From positions 160,001 through 224,000 of the forward strand of contig CAVXJH010000003.1 in the NCBI GenBank assembly GCA_963762115.1: a stretch of 64,000 nucleotides of DNA. The letters run 5' to 3'. Both the position numbers and the translations under genes were made by a program. The stretch is from Candidatus Babeliales bacterium (GTDB taxonomy: Bacteria > Babelota > Babeliae > Babelales > JANWKD01). Below the pieces are notes generated by a model. That model saw nothing but the letters and a program-made list of their open reading frames with translations. It was not told the DNA's origin and ran no database searches. How positions within the stretch are numbered: position 1 is the first letter of the stretch; each line of letters starts with the position of its first letter. Shown one piece after another: positions 18,657 to 28,611 of this stretch.

Positions 18657-18774
18657 AGAGGGTAGGCGGCATATACAGTGTGTGGATCTAATTATTTGTT
18701 GGTAGCGTTTTTGTTTTTTTGTATAATTAGGCATTAGGTTGTCTGAATTTACTAGTATTAAAAGGGTGAATGGT

Positions 18775-19335
18775 ATGTACAAATTATTGTTAGTTCTTAT
18801 GTTGTTACAAGGTGTCGTGGCATATGCCATGGAAAAAGATTTAGGTTTAATTGGTTTAGATGCTAGCAAGTCAAATTTTTCTGATCAGCACAATAAAAAA
18901 TTTAGAAAAAGATTAGAAGAAATTCAAAGTAATTCTGTAGTACTTCTGTCGCATAATGAATTTGGTGATGGTGAATTAACACGATTTACAAAAAGTGAAT
19001 ATGCTCAAATTAAATGGATGTTTGATAGAAGGCGATCTGTACTTAGATTACATGAACAGGATGAAAATGGGTTGTTAATATATTATAAGCACTTTGCACA
19101 AATTGTTTTGAATGATGTTTGCCTTGAAGCAAAGGCATGGTCGCTTTATAGAAAAGAAGAAAAAATATACAAAAAAAATTATAATGAATATTTAAGAGAG
19201 ATTGGCAAATTAGCTATATTAGTTGCTGATGTTGAGTCTCGTGCGCCAGAAGTAAATAGGACCAATACTATGGATGAAAATTGTAAGTCATTCGTTGTTG
19301 GGCTTGAAAGTCTTTTTGGTGAAGTTTTTCATTGA
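18775..19335 (+). CDS. Hypothetical secreted protein
   Basis: MYKLLLVLMLLQGVVAYA-ME signal peptide; AAAGGGTG upstream. Confidence 0.75.
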   Translation: MYKLLLVLMLLQGVVAYAMEKDLGLIGLDASKSNFSDQHNKKFRKRLEEIQSNSVVLLSHNEFGDGELTRFTKSEYAQIKWMFDRRRSVLRLHEQDENGLLIYYKHFAQIVLNDVCLEAKAWSLYRKEEKIYKKNYNEYLREIGKLAILVADVESRAPEVNRTNTMDENCKSFVVGLESLFGEVFH

Positions 19336-19388
19336 AACTTTGAGGTTCAATTATTGAAATTACTCAGTATTTTATCGTTTAGATAATT

Positions 19389-19416
19389 CTGCCGACACTG
19401 TCGGCAGTTTTGCATT
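19389..19416 (+). terminator. Terminator-like hairpin, copy 2
   Basis: CTGCCGA-CACTG-TCGGCAG-TTTTGCATT, 26/28 identical to 18629-18656. Confidence 0.7.
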
Positions 19417-19499
19417 TTTACCTATTTTTTACAACATGAGTTTCATCGACTATACTTTTACTTATTCACTTTTTTCACTTACTCGTATAGAAAAATTAC

Positions 19500-20705
19500 A
19501 TGATAAAAAAACATATAATCATTGGCACTTCAGCGGCCGGTATAGGTGCGGCGCAAGAATTGCGTCAGCTTGATCAGGAATCAGAAATAATCTGTATTTC
19601 AGATGAATCAGAAATGCCCTATAATAAATGCTTTATTGCCGATTATTTGGCTGGTCGCAAAACATTGCAAGAAGTGTATACCAAAAAAACTGACTTTTTT
19701 GAAAAAAATAACATTCAATTATTATTGAACACCGCAGTGATAAAAATTGAACCAGAGAAAAAAAATATTATTCTTAGTGATGGCACATCATTGCCGTATG
19801 ATACGTTATTTCTTGGCATCGGCAGAAAATCACCACAATTATTTAAAGAACAGCATGAACTTTCTGGCATTTTTACCTTTCATGCATTACGTTCTTTGCT
19901 TCTTTTGGAAAAGTATATTGCGCAGCATAAAGTAGATTCTGTAATTATTGTTGGCGCAGGATTGAGTGGGCTTGAATGTGCAGATGCCTTGCAAAAATAT
20001 CAGTTGAGCATGCACATAGTTGATATGAATGATCAGGTTTTGGCAGCGCAAGCAGATGCTGAAGGCGCGAAGTTACTTCAAGAGACTATAAAAAAAGCAT
20101 CGGTGTCTTTGCATTTGCAAAAAACAGTAAGGCGTATTGTCCAAGAAAAAGGTGTTGTGACAGGTGTTGAACTGAGTGATGGCACCATTCTTACTGCGCA
20201 GATGATTATTGTTGCCGCAGGAGCGCGCATTAACACACAATTGGCCCAGGATGCAGGCATTTGTGTTGATGAAACAACAAAAGCAATTATGACCAATGAA
20301 TATTTGCAAACGAATGTTGAGCATATTTACGCTGGCGGTGATGCTATTTTGGTGTACGATCAGTTACAAAAAAAACAGGTGCCAAGTTGTCTGTGGCCAG
20401 ATGCAATGTTGCAGGGTGCAACCGCTGCGCACACTATGGCTGGGCATAAAAAGGCCTATGCAGGGGCTATTTTGTTGGCTGGATCATCTTTTTTTGACTT
20501 ACAATTTGCCAGTTGCGGTTCAATTGTGAAGCCACCTTCAGAATATGAGATTATCGTTAAGCAGGGTGAGCATTTCTATCATAAGTACTTGTTGCATGAA
20601 AATAGGCTTCAAGGGTTCTTGCTTATAGGTAAATCTTTCAATCTGTCATCTTTAAAAAGGGCTGTTTTGACGCAAGAGCAGATAAATGCTGATATGCTAC
20701 CCTAA
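19500..20705 (+). CDS. FAD/NAD(P)H-dependent oxidoreductase (rubredoxin reductase/NirB N-terminal type)
   Basis: IIG...AG, IVGAGLSGLE and TN..HIYAGGD motifs. Confidence 0.88.
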   Translation: MIKKHIIIGTSAAGIGAAQELRQLDQESEIICISDESEMPYNKCFIADYLAGRKTLQEVYTKKTDFFEKNNIQLLLNTAVIKIEPEKKNIILSDGTSLPYDTLFLGIGRKSPQLFKEQHELSGIFTFHALRSLLLLEKYIAQHKVDSVIIVGAGLSGLECADALQKYQLSMHIVDMNDQVLAAQADAEGAKLLQETIKKASVSLHLQKTVRRIVQEKGVVTGVELSDGTILTAQMIIVAAGARINTQLAQDAGICVDETTKAIMTNEYLQTNVEHIYAGGDAILVYDQLQKKQVPSCLWPDAMLQGATAAHTMAGHKKAYAGAILLAGSSFFDLQFASCGSIVKPPSEYEIIVKQGEHFYHKYLLHENRLQGFLLIGKSFNLSSLKRAVLTQEQINADMLP

Positions 20706-20815
20706 AAAATTACAATATGAAAACATTGTGAGAATAAAACAAGTTAATTTATTGTAATTTTATTATTATATGCTATTCTATAAAGTATATAAATGGTTAT
20801 TTGGGAGGTTATTCT

Positions 20816-21838
20816 ATGATACGAATTCAAAAAAATATTCTTTTAGTGCTTATGCTTTTTTGCGTAAGTTCTTCTTTTTCAATGGATTTACTCAAAAATT
20901 GTTATGGCGGTGTCACAAAAGGGGTAAATTGGACCTTTGATACTTATTCTTCAGGATTAGAATCAGTTGAAGATGTATTGCATTTGCCAAAAACAACTCT
21001 TCAAGCAGGGATTCCTGTTGTTACAGCGGCATCATTAGCGTGGTATTTTACTCGTTCAAATGATGATATTAAGAAATTTATTGAACATGTTGATACGGCA
21101 AAAAAAATTACTTTAGGTTGTGGTGCTTTATATAGTGCCCGCTTTTTAAAGCGCTGGTGGGATTTTTCAAGTTTGGAAAAAGAGTTGTTGGATGCTTCAT
21201 CTCCTGAAACGGCGCATTATAAAAAATTTAGATTTGCAACCTGGGCAAAAAGCATGTGGCCTCTTGCATCGAATATTATTGGTGCAGCAAATGCAGTCCG
21301 GGCAAAACTGAAACATGATGTTACGACCTGTGATGATCAAGTTTATTTGCACGGTAATAAAATTGATGGTAAAAAACCTATTACGGCAAAAATGATAAAA
21401 GATTCAATCAATACTGAGTTAGAACAATTAAAAAAAGATCTTGGTTATGTTGGTGCGTGTACTGATGCGCCGGAAGTTTTAGTTAGTCTATTACAACAAC
21501 ATCCAAAAGCTGCTGTTTCCGATACTGTTTCTTCGTTTATTAATATTGCCGATAATATTAATATTTTGCAAAAAAGTGATTTATATTTTATTAATAGCAT
21601 AAAAAAAGCTTCAAAAGCAAATTGGTTTAAACGGTTTGTTTATTTCCCCGGCTACCAATTTTGGAATTTTCGATTTGCTCCCTATTATAAACGAGCCACA
21701 AATTTATATTGTGATTTGTTGAAAAATTATATTCGTTTGAGTGCGCTAAAATCAGTTGCTGATCAGATGGAAGCATGGGAAGAAAAACCAAAAACTCCTG
21801 GGCATACGGTGAACGTTAATTTTAAGAAGGTTAATTAA
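20816..21838 (+). CDS. Hypothetical secreted/membrane protein
   Basis: GGAGG then MIRIQKNILLVLMLFCVSSSFS-MD; long ORF. Confidence 0.75.
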   Translation: MIRIQKNILLVLMLFCVSSSFSMDLLKNCYGGVTKGVNWTFDTYSSGLESVEDVLHLPKTTLQAGIPVVTAASLAWYFTRSNDDIKKFIEHVDTAKKITLGCGALYSARFLKRWWDFSSLEKELLDASSPETAHYKKFRFATWAKSMWPLASNIIGAANAVRAKLKHDVTTCDDQVYLHGNKIDGKKPITAKMIKDSINTELEQLKKDLGYVGACTDAPEVLVSLLQQHPKAAVSDTVSSFINIADNINILQKSDLYFINSIKKASKANWFKRFVYFPGYQFWNFRFAPYYKRATNLYCDLLKNYIRLSALKSVADQMEAWEEKPKTPGHTVNVNFKKVN

Positions 21839-21930
21839 CCTTAAAACTCCAAATCTTTTTAGTAAATGATAATAGTGCTATACTGTTGTCGTCAGTACAT
21901 TATTTTCAACTAAAAAAATAAGGGGCTGTT

Positions 21931-22704
21931 ATGGCAATTACCTTAAGGTCTGTTGCTCAAATGAGTGGTAAGCGGTGTAAAAAATCGCTCTTTCTTATTC
22001 CCTATTGTTTTACGTTTGCGAATGCATTTTTTGGCTTTATTTCCGTTATAGAAGCATTGCAAGGAAATTTAGTTAAAGCAGCCTGCTATATCGGCTTGGC
22101 AGCCTGTGCCGATGCGCTTGATGGCAGATTGGCCAGAGCATTTGGCTCCTCAAGTTATCTCGGTGCTGAATTAGACGGATTATGCGATGCCATTTCTTTT
22201 TGTTTTGCACCAACAATTCTCATTTATAGTCTTTTTCAAGAAAACATACCATCTGTTGGTGTTGGGATTCTTGGTCTTTATTTGTGTGCGGGTTTATTCA
22301 GACTTGCAAAATTCAATGTTACTCAGAGTAGCAGTAAAGCTTATTTTTCTGGGCTTTCCACGCCGGTGTCAGCATTTTTCTTAGCAACATTGGTTCTTTA
22401 TTATGACTGGTTTGCACAATCATGCCTTTGGTTTTTAGTTGAAGTTCACGGCATTATGTTTGTGGTGAGTATCCTTTCAATTTTAATGATATCAACCATT
22501 CCTTTTTCCTCTTTTAAGGGAACTTGTTATTCGCCTTCATTGGTATATTTGATTGCTGTTTATGGCAGCTTATTGATTATTGCTTCACTGCAATGGGGAA
22601 TTCCTATTTTATTTTTGTTGCTTGCGGCGTATATTAGTTTTTCAATTATTGCGTGGCTTATTGCTCCTGGCAAAATTGGTAAAAAAATTAAAAAAATGGG
22701 ATGA
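21931..22704 (+). CDS. pssA: CDP-diacylglycerol--serine O-phosphatidyltransferase (CDP-alcohol phosphotransferase)
   Basis: DALDGRLAR...G.ELD.L.D.ISF signature and RLAKFN motif. Confidence 0.88.
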   Translation: MAITLRSVAQMSGKRCKKSLFLIPYCFTFANAFFGFISVIEALQGNLVKAACYIGLAACADALDGRLARAFGSSSYLGAELDGLCDAISFCFAPTILIYSLFQENIPSVGVGILGLYLCAGLFRLAKFNVTQSSSKAYFSGLSTPVSAFFLATLVLYYDWFAQSCLWFLVEVHGIMFVVSILSILMISTIPFSSFKGTCYSPSLVYLIAVYGSLLIIASLQWGIPILFLLLAAYISFSIIAWLIAPGKIGKKIKKMG

Positions 22705-22707
22705 AGG

Positions 22708-23958
22708 TTACTGCCATATACTGCGCAATGAAAGTATCTTGCATTGTAGGATTTTTTGTGCAACTAAGCCATCTCGATCTATTCTTTCAAGAGGTGTGTT
22801 GGCAGAACACATTTCTAATAACTCTTTGAGGGTGTTTGCATTTTTAAAAATGGCGCGAATATGCGCTTCATGTATTTTTCCCCAACCGTGATCATAAGAG
22901 CGTGCTTCTATGACAAGATTTTTTTTGGCATCACTGATGATCATAATATGGCCGGGCAACCAAATAATATCCCCGCTTTCTGGTGAATCTTTTGGTGTTA
23001 ATTCCTTTAAATGGTGTAAGATTGTTGTGCTATTTTTAAAATAATATGGCATACCGGCAGCTTGCGCAGCTCGCGCGAGTAATCCAGTACAATCAAAGCC
23101 AGTTTTTGTTACTCCTTTGCAATAATTTTCTCGATGATAAGTATTCAAAGAAGATGGTTTTTTTGTAAATGCATCGTGTAAACAAGTGTGCGTATAACTG
23201 CATCCTCCCCAAACATAAGGAATAAAGCCTTGTTTTGGGTGTGCCCATACTTTTATTAATGTTAAAAATGTTTTTATCCGTTCTTCTTGCGTTTGATTTT
23301 TGTTTTCCACGAGAGTAATTTTTTTAGGAATAAGCATTGTCGTTATTTTGGAAGCGTCGGCATTTAAGACATAGACGCTAACGTTGGTTACATTATTGTT
23401 TTTAATAACAAATCGGGTGCCAACAGAAAAGGTATGATTAGTTTGTTCATCATGATGAGGCAATAAGAGTGTTAGTGTCATGCGTGGTTGAATTTTTACT
23501 ATTTTCGTATCATCATACTGTATTGGTTGTGGTAGCATGGCTGCATGAATATTATTTTTTTTGAGAATTTCCAAGGAAACAAAATTTTTTTTGAGTGCCC
23601 AATAGGTACTATTTTTTTTTGTAGTACCAGCAGTTTCAAAAAAAAGATTGGGAACAATAATGCGTACTTCATCATTTTTTTCTTCAATAACGGTGACAAT
23701 TTCATTAAAAAGTAGTTGATGTAATCGTGAACAAGCAGGTGCTTTTTGACTGCATAAGGGTAATTGATTATAACAAGGAGAGATGTTTTTTTGTGAAGTT
23801 ATATTTTGTGCCGCGTCTCCTAATAAATCTGCAACAGGGACAATCGTTATTGCTTGGTAGGGTGTTAAGCAATAAAGAGAAGGTAGCGATGCTCCTATCA
23901 AAGCAGTTAAAAGTAGTCTGCGAGTAATGCTTTTCATTGCTCTATGCCTCTCTTGCAA
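22708..23958 (-). CDS. NlpC/P60 (C40) cell-wall peptidase, secreted
   Basis: PYVWGG, GFDCTGL and GD...LPGH motifs; signal peptide. Confidence 0.88.
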   Translation of the reverse strand: MQERHRAMKSITRRLLLTALIGASLPSLYCLTPYQAITIVPVADLLGDAAQNITSQKNISPCYNQLPLCSQKAPACSRLHQLLFNEIVTVIEEKNDEVRIIVPNLFFETAGTTKKNSTYWALKKNFVSLEILKKNNIHAAMLPQPIQYDDTKIVKIQPRMTLTLLLPHHDEQTNHTFSVGTRFVIKNNNVTNVSVYVLNADASKITTMLIPKKITLVENKNQTQEERIKTFLTLIKVWAHPKQGFIPYVWGGCSYTHTCLHDAFTKKPSSLNTYHRENYCKGVTKTGFDCTGLLARAAQAAGMPYYFKNSTTILHHLKELTPKDSPESGDIIWLPGHIMIISDAKKNLVIEARSYDHGWGKIHEAHIRAIFKNANTLKELLEMCSANTPLERIDRDGLVAQKILQCKILSLRSIWQ

Positions 23959-24169
23959 TGCATTGAAAAAATAGTGTTTATACTATTATTATTGACAATT
24001 AAAAATAAAAAACTCAAGAGATTGTCATTAATATTTGTTTGCCAATGAATAAATACGTTTTTTTTGTGTGGCGTTTATAATATTTATAAAAAAAACAAAT
24101 TTATTGATAAATAGAAATAAATTTTATTACAATGATGCTAGGTTAAGAGAAAATAGTTGAAAGAGCGTT

Positions 24170-25210
24170 ATGAATTATTTAAAAAAAATAGTTGTTATCT
24201 TTTTGATGATGAATTCTGCCAATTTTTATTGTTATGCACAAAAATCTAGCGATTGGACATGGTCACTTAAGAAAGAATTTACGGCAACAGAAATTCTTGA
24301 GAATACAAATCGTAAACAAATTATATTTTGTAAAAACGATATTTCTTTGTTTTCGCAATTAATTTTTTATTGGAATGCATTTCGCCCTGAAAAGGGCTAT
24401 TTTTCATTTCATGCTCAAGTATTGGATGAAAAAAATAAATGGCATGATTGGCATACCATGATTAACTGGGGGAAAGATATTCAAAAATCTTTTTTTAGTG
24501 AAGGCGCTTTGGGTACCAAATATTGTCATGTTCGTCTTGAAATGCCACCTAAAAAATTAGCAAAAGGAGTACGGATTAAAGTTGTTGCTCATGATGGTGC
24601 TAATTTATCATCATTAAGAGCACTTGGGATTAATGTTGCGAATTTAGCAGCATTTAGTGAAGAATTTAATCATTCAATTGGACTTTTGCCTTCGGTAATG
24701 ATTAGCGGTATTCCAAAACAATCTCAAATGGTTTTGGATCATCCCAAGGCTGATGTTATGTGCTCTCCGACATCCTGCAGTATGCTTATGGGATATTTAA
24801 AAAAACAACCATCAAATACACTAGAATTTGCACTCGGTGTTTATGATTACGGCTTAAATTCGTATGGTAGTTGGCCATTTAATATTGCTCATGCTTTTGA
24901 GCATTGTGAAGGCGAAGTTTTTTTTAAAGTTATGCGATTGCCATCTTTTCTTGAGTTGCATAGCATGTTGCAAAAATCAATTCCCGTTGTGGTGAGTGTA
25001 CGAGGAAAATTGCAGGGTGCCCCGAAGGAATATAACAATGGCCATTTGTTATTAGTTATCGGTTGGGATCAACAAAAGCAAAAAGTGCTTTGTCATGATC
25101 CTGCTTTTGATCAAAGTGAAAAGGTTTATGCAGAATATGATATAAAATCATTTTGCACAGCTTGGGGCCGTTCTCGTCATTTGGCCTATGTTGCTGAACC
25201 AAATTATTAG
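24170..25210 (+). CDS. Peptidase C39-like family protein, secreted
   Basis: SQM...CSPTS, YGSWPFN and GHLLLVIG..HDP (Cys-His-Asp) motifs. Confidence 0.82.
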   Translation: MNYLKKIVVIFLMMNSANFYCYAQKSSDWTWSLKKEFTATEILENTNRKQIIFCKNDISLFSQLIFYWNAFRPEKGYFSFHAQVLDEKNKWHDWHTMINWGKDIQKSFFSEGALGTKYCHVRLEMPPKKLAKGVRIKVVAHDGANLSSLRALGINVANLAAFSEEFNHSIGLLPSVMISGIPKQSQMVLDHPKADVMCSPTSCSMLMGYLKKQPSNTLEFALGVYDYGLNSYGSWPFNIAHAFEHCEGEVFFKVMRLPSFLELHSMLQKSIPVVVSVRGKLQGAPKEYNNGHLLLVIGWDQQKQKVLCHDPAFDQSEKVYAEYDIKSFCTAWGRSRHLAYVAEPNY

Positions 25211-25406
25211 AAAATAGTTAAACTTTTCTTAATGTAATCCCCTCTTTTTTTATCTGATACGCTGAGAATACAATTATTAAAATAATCTTACTTAACACAA
25301 ATAAATAATTTATTAATAACTCTATTGACTAACTGAATTAAAAATTGTTACAGTATCAATGAAATAATGAGCTTGATACGATAATTTTTTTTTAGGGGGA
25401 AGGGAC

Positions 25407-26537
25407 ATGAATTATTCAAAATTATTATTATTTTTTTGTATACCGACATTTTTGAGTGCTGCATCAACGATGAATGAATTAACAAAAGTCTTTCATCATC
25501 AAAGTCCGCTTGGAGATAAATTGGTATGTTATTTTACGCAAGATCCAATTTGTAACCGGCTGCCAACAAAGAATGGGCAGAAGGAATCTGAAAAAGCTGT
25601 TTTGCAATTTTTTATGCCGATGACCATTGAAGGCAGTGAGGCCCAAGCAATGATCAAGAAAATTCAAGCAGCAAATCATTCTTTTTATACCGTTGCATTT
25701 GCACAAGTAACCAAACCAATGAAGGGTATTAGTCTCATAATTACCTATGATCCCAAAAAAATTACCTGCAACTACGAATCGTTTGATGCCATAAATACTC
25801 ATAAAGGATTAATATTTTCATTTCATAATAAAGAAATTTTACAGCAGTTAAAATTGAAAACTGATGGATTGTTGCAATATGCTTGTAACAATCCATCAAC
25901 AAAACCCCGTATCATGCTTGATTATGGGCATGGGGGGTCAGATGATGGTAAAGTCGGGTGTTTCAATGTAAAAGAAAAAGATATTAATTTAGAAGTGGGA
26001 ATACGCGTTTCAAGGTTGTTATCTCATAAAGGATATGAGGTGTTTTCCACACGTAAGACAGATTGTTTTGTTGCGCTTGATGCAAGAACAAAATATGCTA
26101 ATCAAAAAAATGTTGATCTTTTTGTTTCCATTCATGCAAATGCCGCTCAAAAATCTGAAATACAGGGGATTGAAACCTATTGGATGAATTATGATTTATT
26201 TAAACCGGGTATGAGTCTCTCAGATCCTACAGAAGTGACGATGTTGAATGCATTGAAACATTCACGGAGTACTCAAAGTCAAAAGCTTGCTGCGCTTATT
26301 CACGAACACGTGGTAGCGGCGACAAAAAAAGTACATAATACTATTGATAGAAAAGTAAAACAGTCAGTAGCACAAGTTTTACTAGGCTCTGAAATGCCGT
26401 CTGCGCTTATAGAAATTGGCTTTTTGTCAAATCCAGAAGAAACAAAATTGTTAACAGATCATCATTATCAACAAATAGTTGCTCAAGGAATTGCTTCTGG
26501 TATTATTGCTTATCTAACTATGCGTAAAATTGCCTAA
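25407..26537 (+). CDS. N-acetylmuramoyl-L-alanine amidase (Amidase_3)
   Basis: LDYGHGG..EK, SIHAN and LIEIGF Zn-amidase motifs; signal peptide. Confidence 0.92.
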   Translation: MNYSKLLLFFCIPTFLSAASTMNELTKVFHHQSPLGDKLVCYFTQDPICNRLPTKNGQKESEKAVLQFFMPMTIEGSEAQAMIKKIQAANHSFYTVAFAQVTKPMKGISLIITYDPKKITCNYESFDAINTHKGLIFSFHNKEILQQLKLKTDGLLQYACNNPSTKPRIMLDYGHGGSDDGKVGCFNVKEKDINLEVGIRVSRLLSHKGYEVFSTRKTDCFVALDARTKYANQKNVDLFVSIHANAAQKSEIQGIETYWMNYDLFKPGMSLSDPTEVTMLNALKHSRSTQSQKLAALIHEHVVAATKKVHNTIDRKVKQSVAQVLLGSEMPSALIEIGFLSNPEETKLLTDHHYQQIVAQGIASGIIAYLTMRKIA

Positions 26538-26656
26538 AAAAAGGCTTTTTTAAAAAAATCTAGACTTCCGCAATAAAGATTGATCTGCTAAAGTAATAAT
26601 AATGTGAAAAAAGCTTTATTATAAAGCATTGTGATAAAAATAGTGTATTACCTTTA

Positions 26657-28090
26657 ATGAATTCAATAGTAAGTGATAAGATTGCTGTGATAAAAACAAT
26701 TTGGGAAGAATTTTTAAAAATAGTTGCTCAAGAAGCAGGTAGTCATGTTGTTCAAACATGGCTTAACGCGGTAACACTTACTGATTGGGATGTACATGAA
26801 AAAATCGTGTACATAAAAGCACCAAATGTATTTGTTAAAGAATGGATTAAAAGTCATTATTTGTCTTTATTTCAAGCGCATTTGAGTAGATTGTTGAATG
26901 TTGATATGGTAAAAATCATGTTTCTTGATAATGATTTTAATCAACGACCATTGATTTCAACAACAGAACACGTTGTTTCCTATCCTACGATTATCCCTGC
27001 CATTTCAGCGCAAGATTTTTTGCTTAAAAAAAATAATTTAATGCTTAAGCGTAATACAGGATCAAAATATCGGAATTCGATAAATCGTAATTATCAGTTT
27101 AATACGTTTGTTGTTGGTCCAAGCAATCAACTTGCTTATGCTGCAGCGCATGCTGTTACGGAAAAATTAGGAAAATTATATAATCCGTTATTCATTTATG
27201 GTGGGTCTGGGTTGGGTAAAACACATCTCCTGCATGCCATTGGTAATAGTATAAAAAATAGTAATAAACGTCTTGAAATCATGTATCAAACAGCCGATCA
27301 TTTTGTAAATGAATTTATTAATGCTATTCGTTTTGATAAAGTTCATCAATTTAAAGAAAAATATAAAGAAATTGATGTTTTGCTTATTGATGATGTGCAA
27401 TTTATTTCCAATAAAGAACAAACACAAGAAGCTTTTTTTCATATTTTTAATATGTTGTATGAATCACATAAACAAATAGTTTTTTCGAGTGATTCTGATC
27501 CGGCAGGTATAAATGGACTTGCTGAACGATTACGATCACGTTTTGAATGGGGCTTAGTTACTGATATTCAAATACCGACAACTGAAACAAAAATAGCAAT
27601 TCTAAAGCGCAAGGCCGAGATTTGTAATCAAAAAATAGGCGATGATGTTATTGAGTTTGTTGCATCCAGAGTTGTCTCGAACATCAGGGAATTAGAGGGT
27701 TCTTTAATTCGTATTACTGCCTTTGCGGCATTTACTGAACAAGAAATTACGTTAGAGCTTGCCAAAAAAATATTACAAAACGGAAAATCACCTAAAACAA
27801 CAAAAATTGACTTTAATGATATTATTAAATTATTACATAAACAATATTCTTATTCATTAGCCGAATTACGATCCCAAAGTCGCGATAAAGATCTTTCATT
27901 TGCGCGGCAACTAGCGATGTATCTCATGAAGAAACATACTGATAAATCATTGCATGAAGTTGGTTATTTTTTTGGGAGAAAAGATCACACAACAGTTATG
28001 CATGCTGTGCAAAAAATTGAAAAATGCTTAGAAAAAGATGTAAGCTTAGCCAACAAGATAAAAGAGATAGAGGAAAATTTGGTTGGGTGA
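26657..28090 (+). CDS. dnaA: Chromosomal replication initiator DnaA
   Basis: YNPLFIYGGSGLGKTHL, LLIDDVQF, RLRSRF, NIRELEG, RQLAMYL and KDHTTV motifs. Confidence 0.97.
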   Translation: MNSIVSDKIAVIKTIWEEFLKIVAQEAGSHVVQTWLNAVTLTDWDVHEKIVYIKAPNVFVKEWIKSHYLSLFQAHLSRLLNVDMVKIMFLDNDFNQRPLISTTEHVVSYPTIIPAISAQDFLLKKNNLMLKRNTGSKYRNSINRNYQFNTFVVGPSNQLAYAAAHAVTEKLGKLYNPLFIYGGSGLGKTHLLHAIGNSIKNSNKRLEIMYQTADHFVNEFINAIRFDKVHQFKEKYKEIDVLLIDDVQFISNKEQTQEAFFHIFNMLYESHKQIVFSSDSDPAGINGLAERLRSRFEWGLVTDIQIPTTETKIAILKRKAEICNQKIGDDVIEFVASRVVSNIRELEGSLIRITAFAAFTEQEITLELAKKILQNGKSPKTTKIDFNDIIKLLHKQYSYSLAELRSQSRDKDLSFARQLAMYLMKKHTDKSLHEVGYFFGRKDHTTVMHAVQKIEKCLEKDVSLANKIKEIEENLVG

Positions 28091-28104
28091 AAGAAAGGGA
28101 CGTT

Positions 28105-28602
28105 ATGAAAGCTACTTTTATTACTCTGTTGTTTGTGTTGGGTGTTTTAGAATCGTATGCATTGGAGACTCGTTCATTAGAGTTTGTTGCACCGGATTAC
28201 TTTATGAAGAATATTGTTGCTTCTGAAGATCGAACAGCTTTTGAAGCATTTTACCAAAATTTTACTTCTCAAGTAAAATTAATGAAAAACGAACAAAAAG
28301 CGAAGGTTTTACAGGAAATACGAGATAGTGCCTGCAATAATCTTGCCATTAAATATCCTCAATGGTCGCAAGAACTTAAGCCTTACAATTATTTTGAACG
28401 TAGTGATAAAAAAATGCTCAATGCACAACAATGTGTTCAAGTAAGATCATTTTTAACACGGTATGGCCTTTACGAAAAATTTCTTAAAGAAAAAGCACAA
28501 CAACAAGCAAGCTTTTGGTGTAAAATAAAATCATATACCAAAGATGTTGGTCAACAACTTGCTCAGTTGGGAAGCTCATTGAGAAGAACTATAGGAGCTT
28601 GA
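28105..28602 (+). CDS. Hypothetical secreted protein
   Basis: AAAGGGA then MKATFITLLFVLGVLESYA signal peptide. Confidence 0.72.
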   Translation: MKATFITLLFVLGVLESYALETRSLEFVAPDYFMKNIVASEDRTAFEAFYQNFTSQVKLMKNEQKAKVLQEIRDSACNNLAIKYPQWSQELKPYNYFERSDKKMLNAQQCVQVRSFLTRYGLYEKFLKEKAQQQASFWCKIKSYTKDVGQQLAQLGSSLRRTIGA

Positions 28603-28611
28603 TGTTAATTG

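Noticed and set aside
17843..19335. MazEF-like toxin-antitoxin pair
   Set aside because: The downstream gene is a signal-peptide orphan separated by a hairpin; no toxin motifs
18629..19416. Integron attC sites
   Set aside because: No RYYYAAC/GTTRRRY ends, too short, and no integrase in the window
26538..26656. oriC upstream of dnaA
   Set aside because: No consensus DnaA boxes seen, only a degenerate TGTGATAA; skew cannot be computed here
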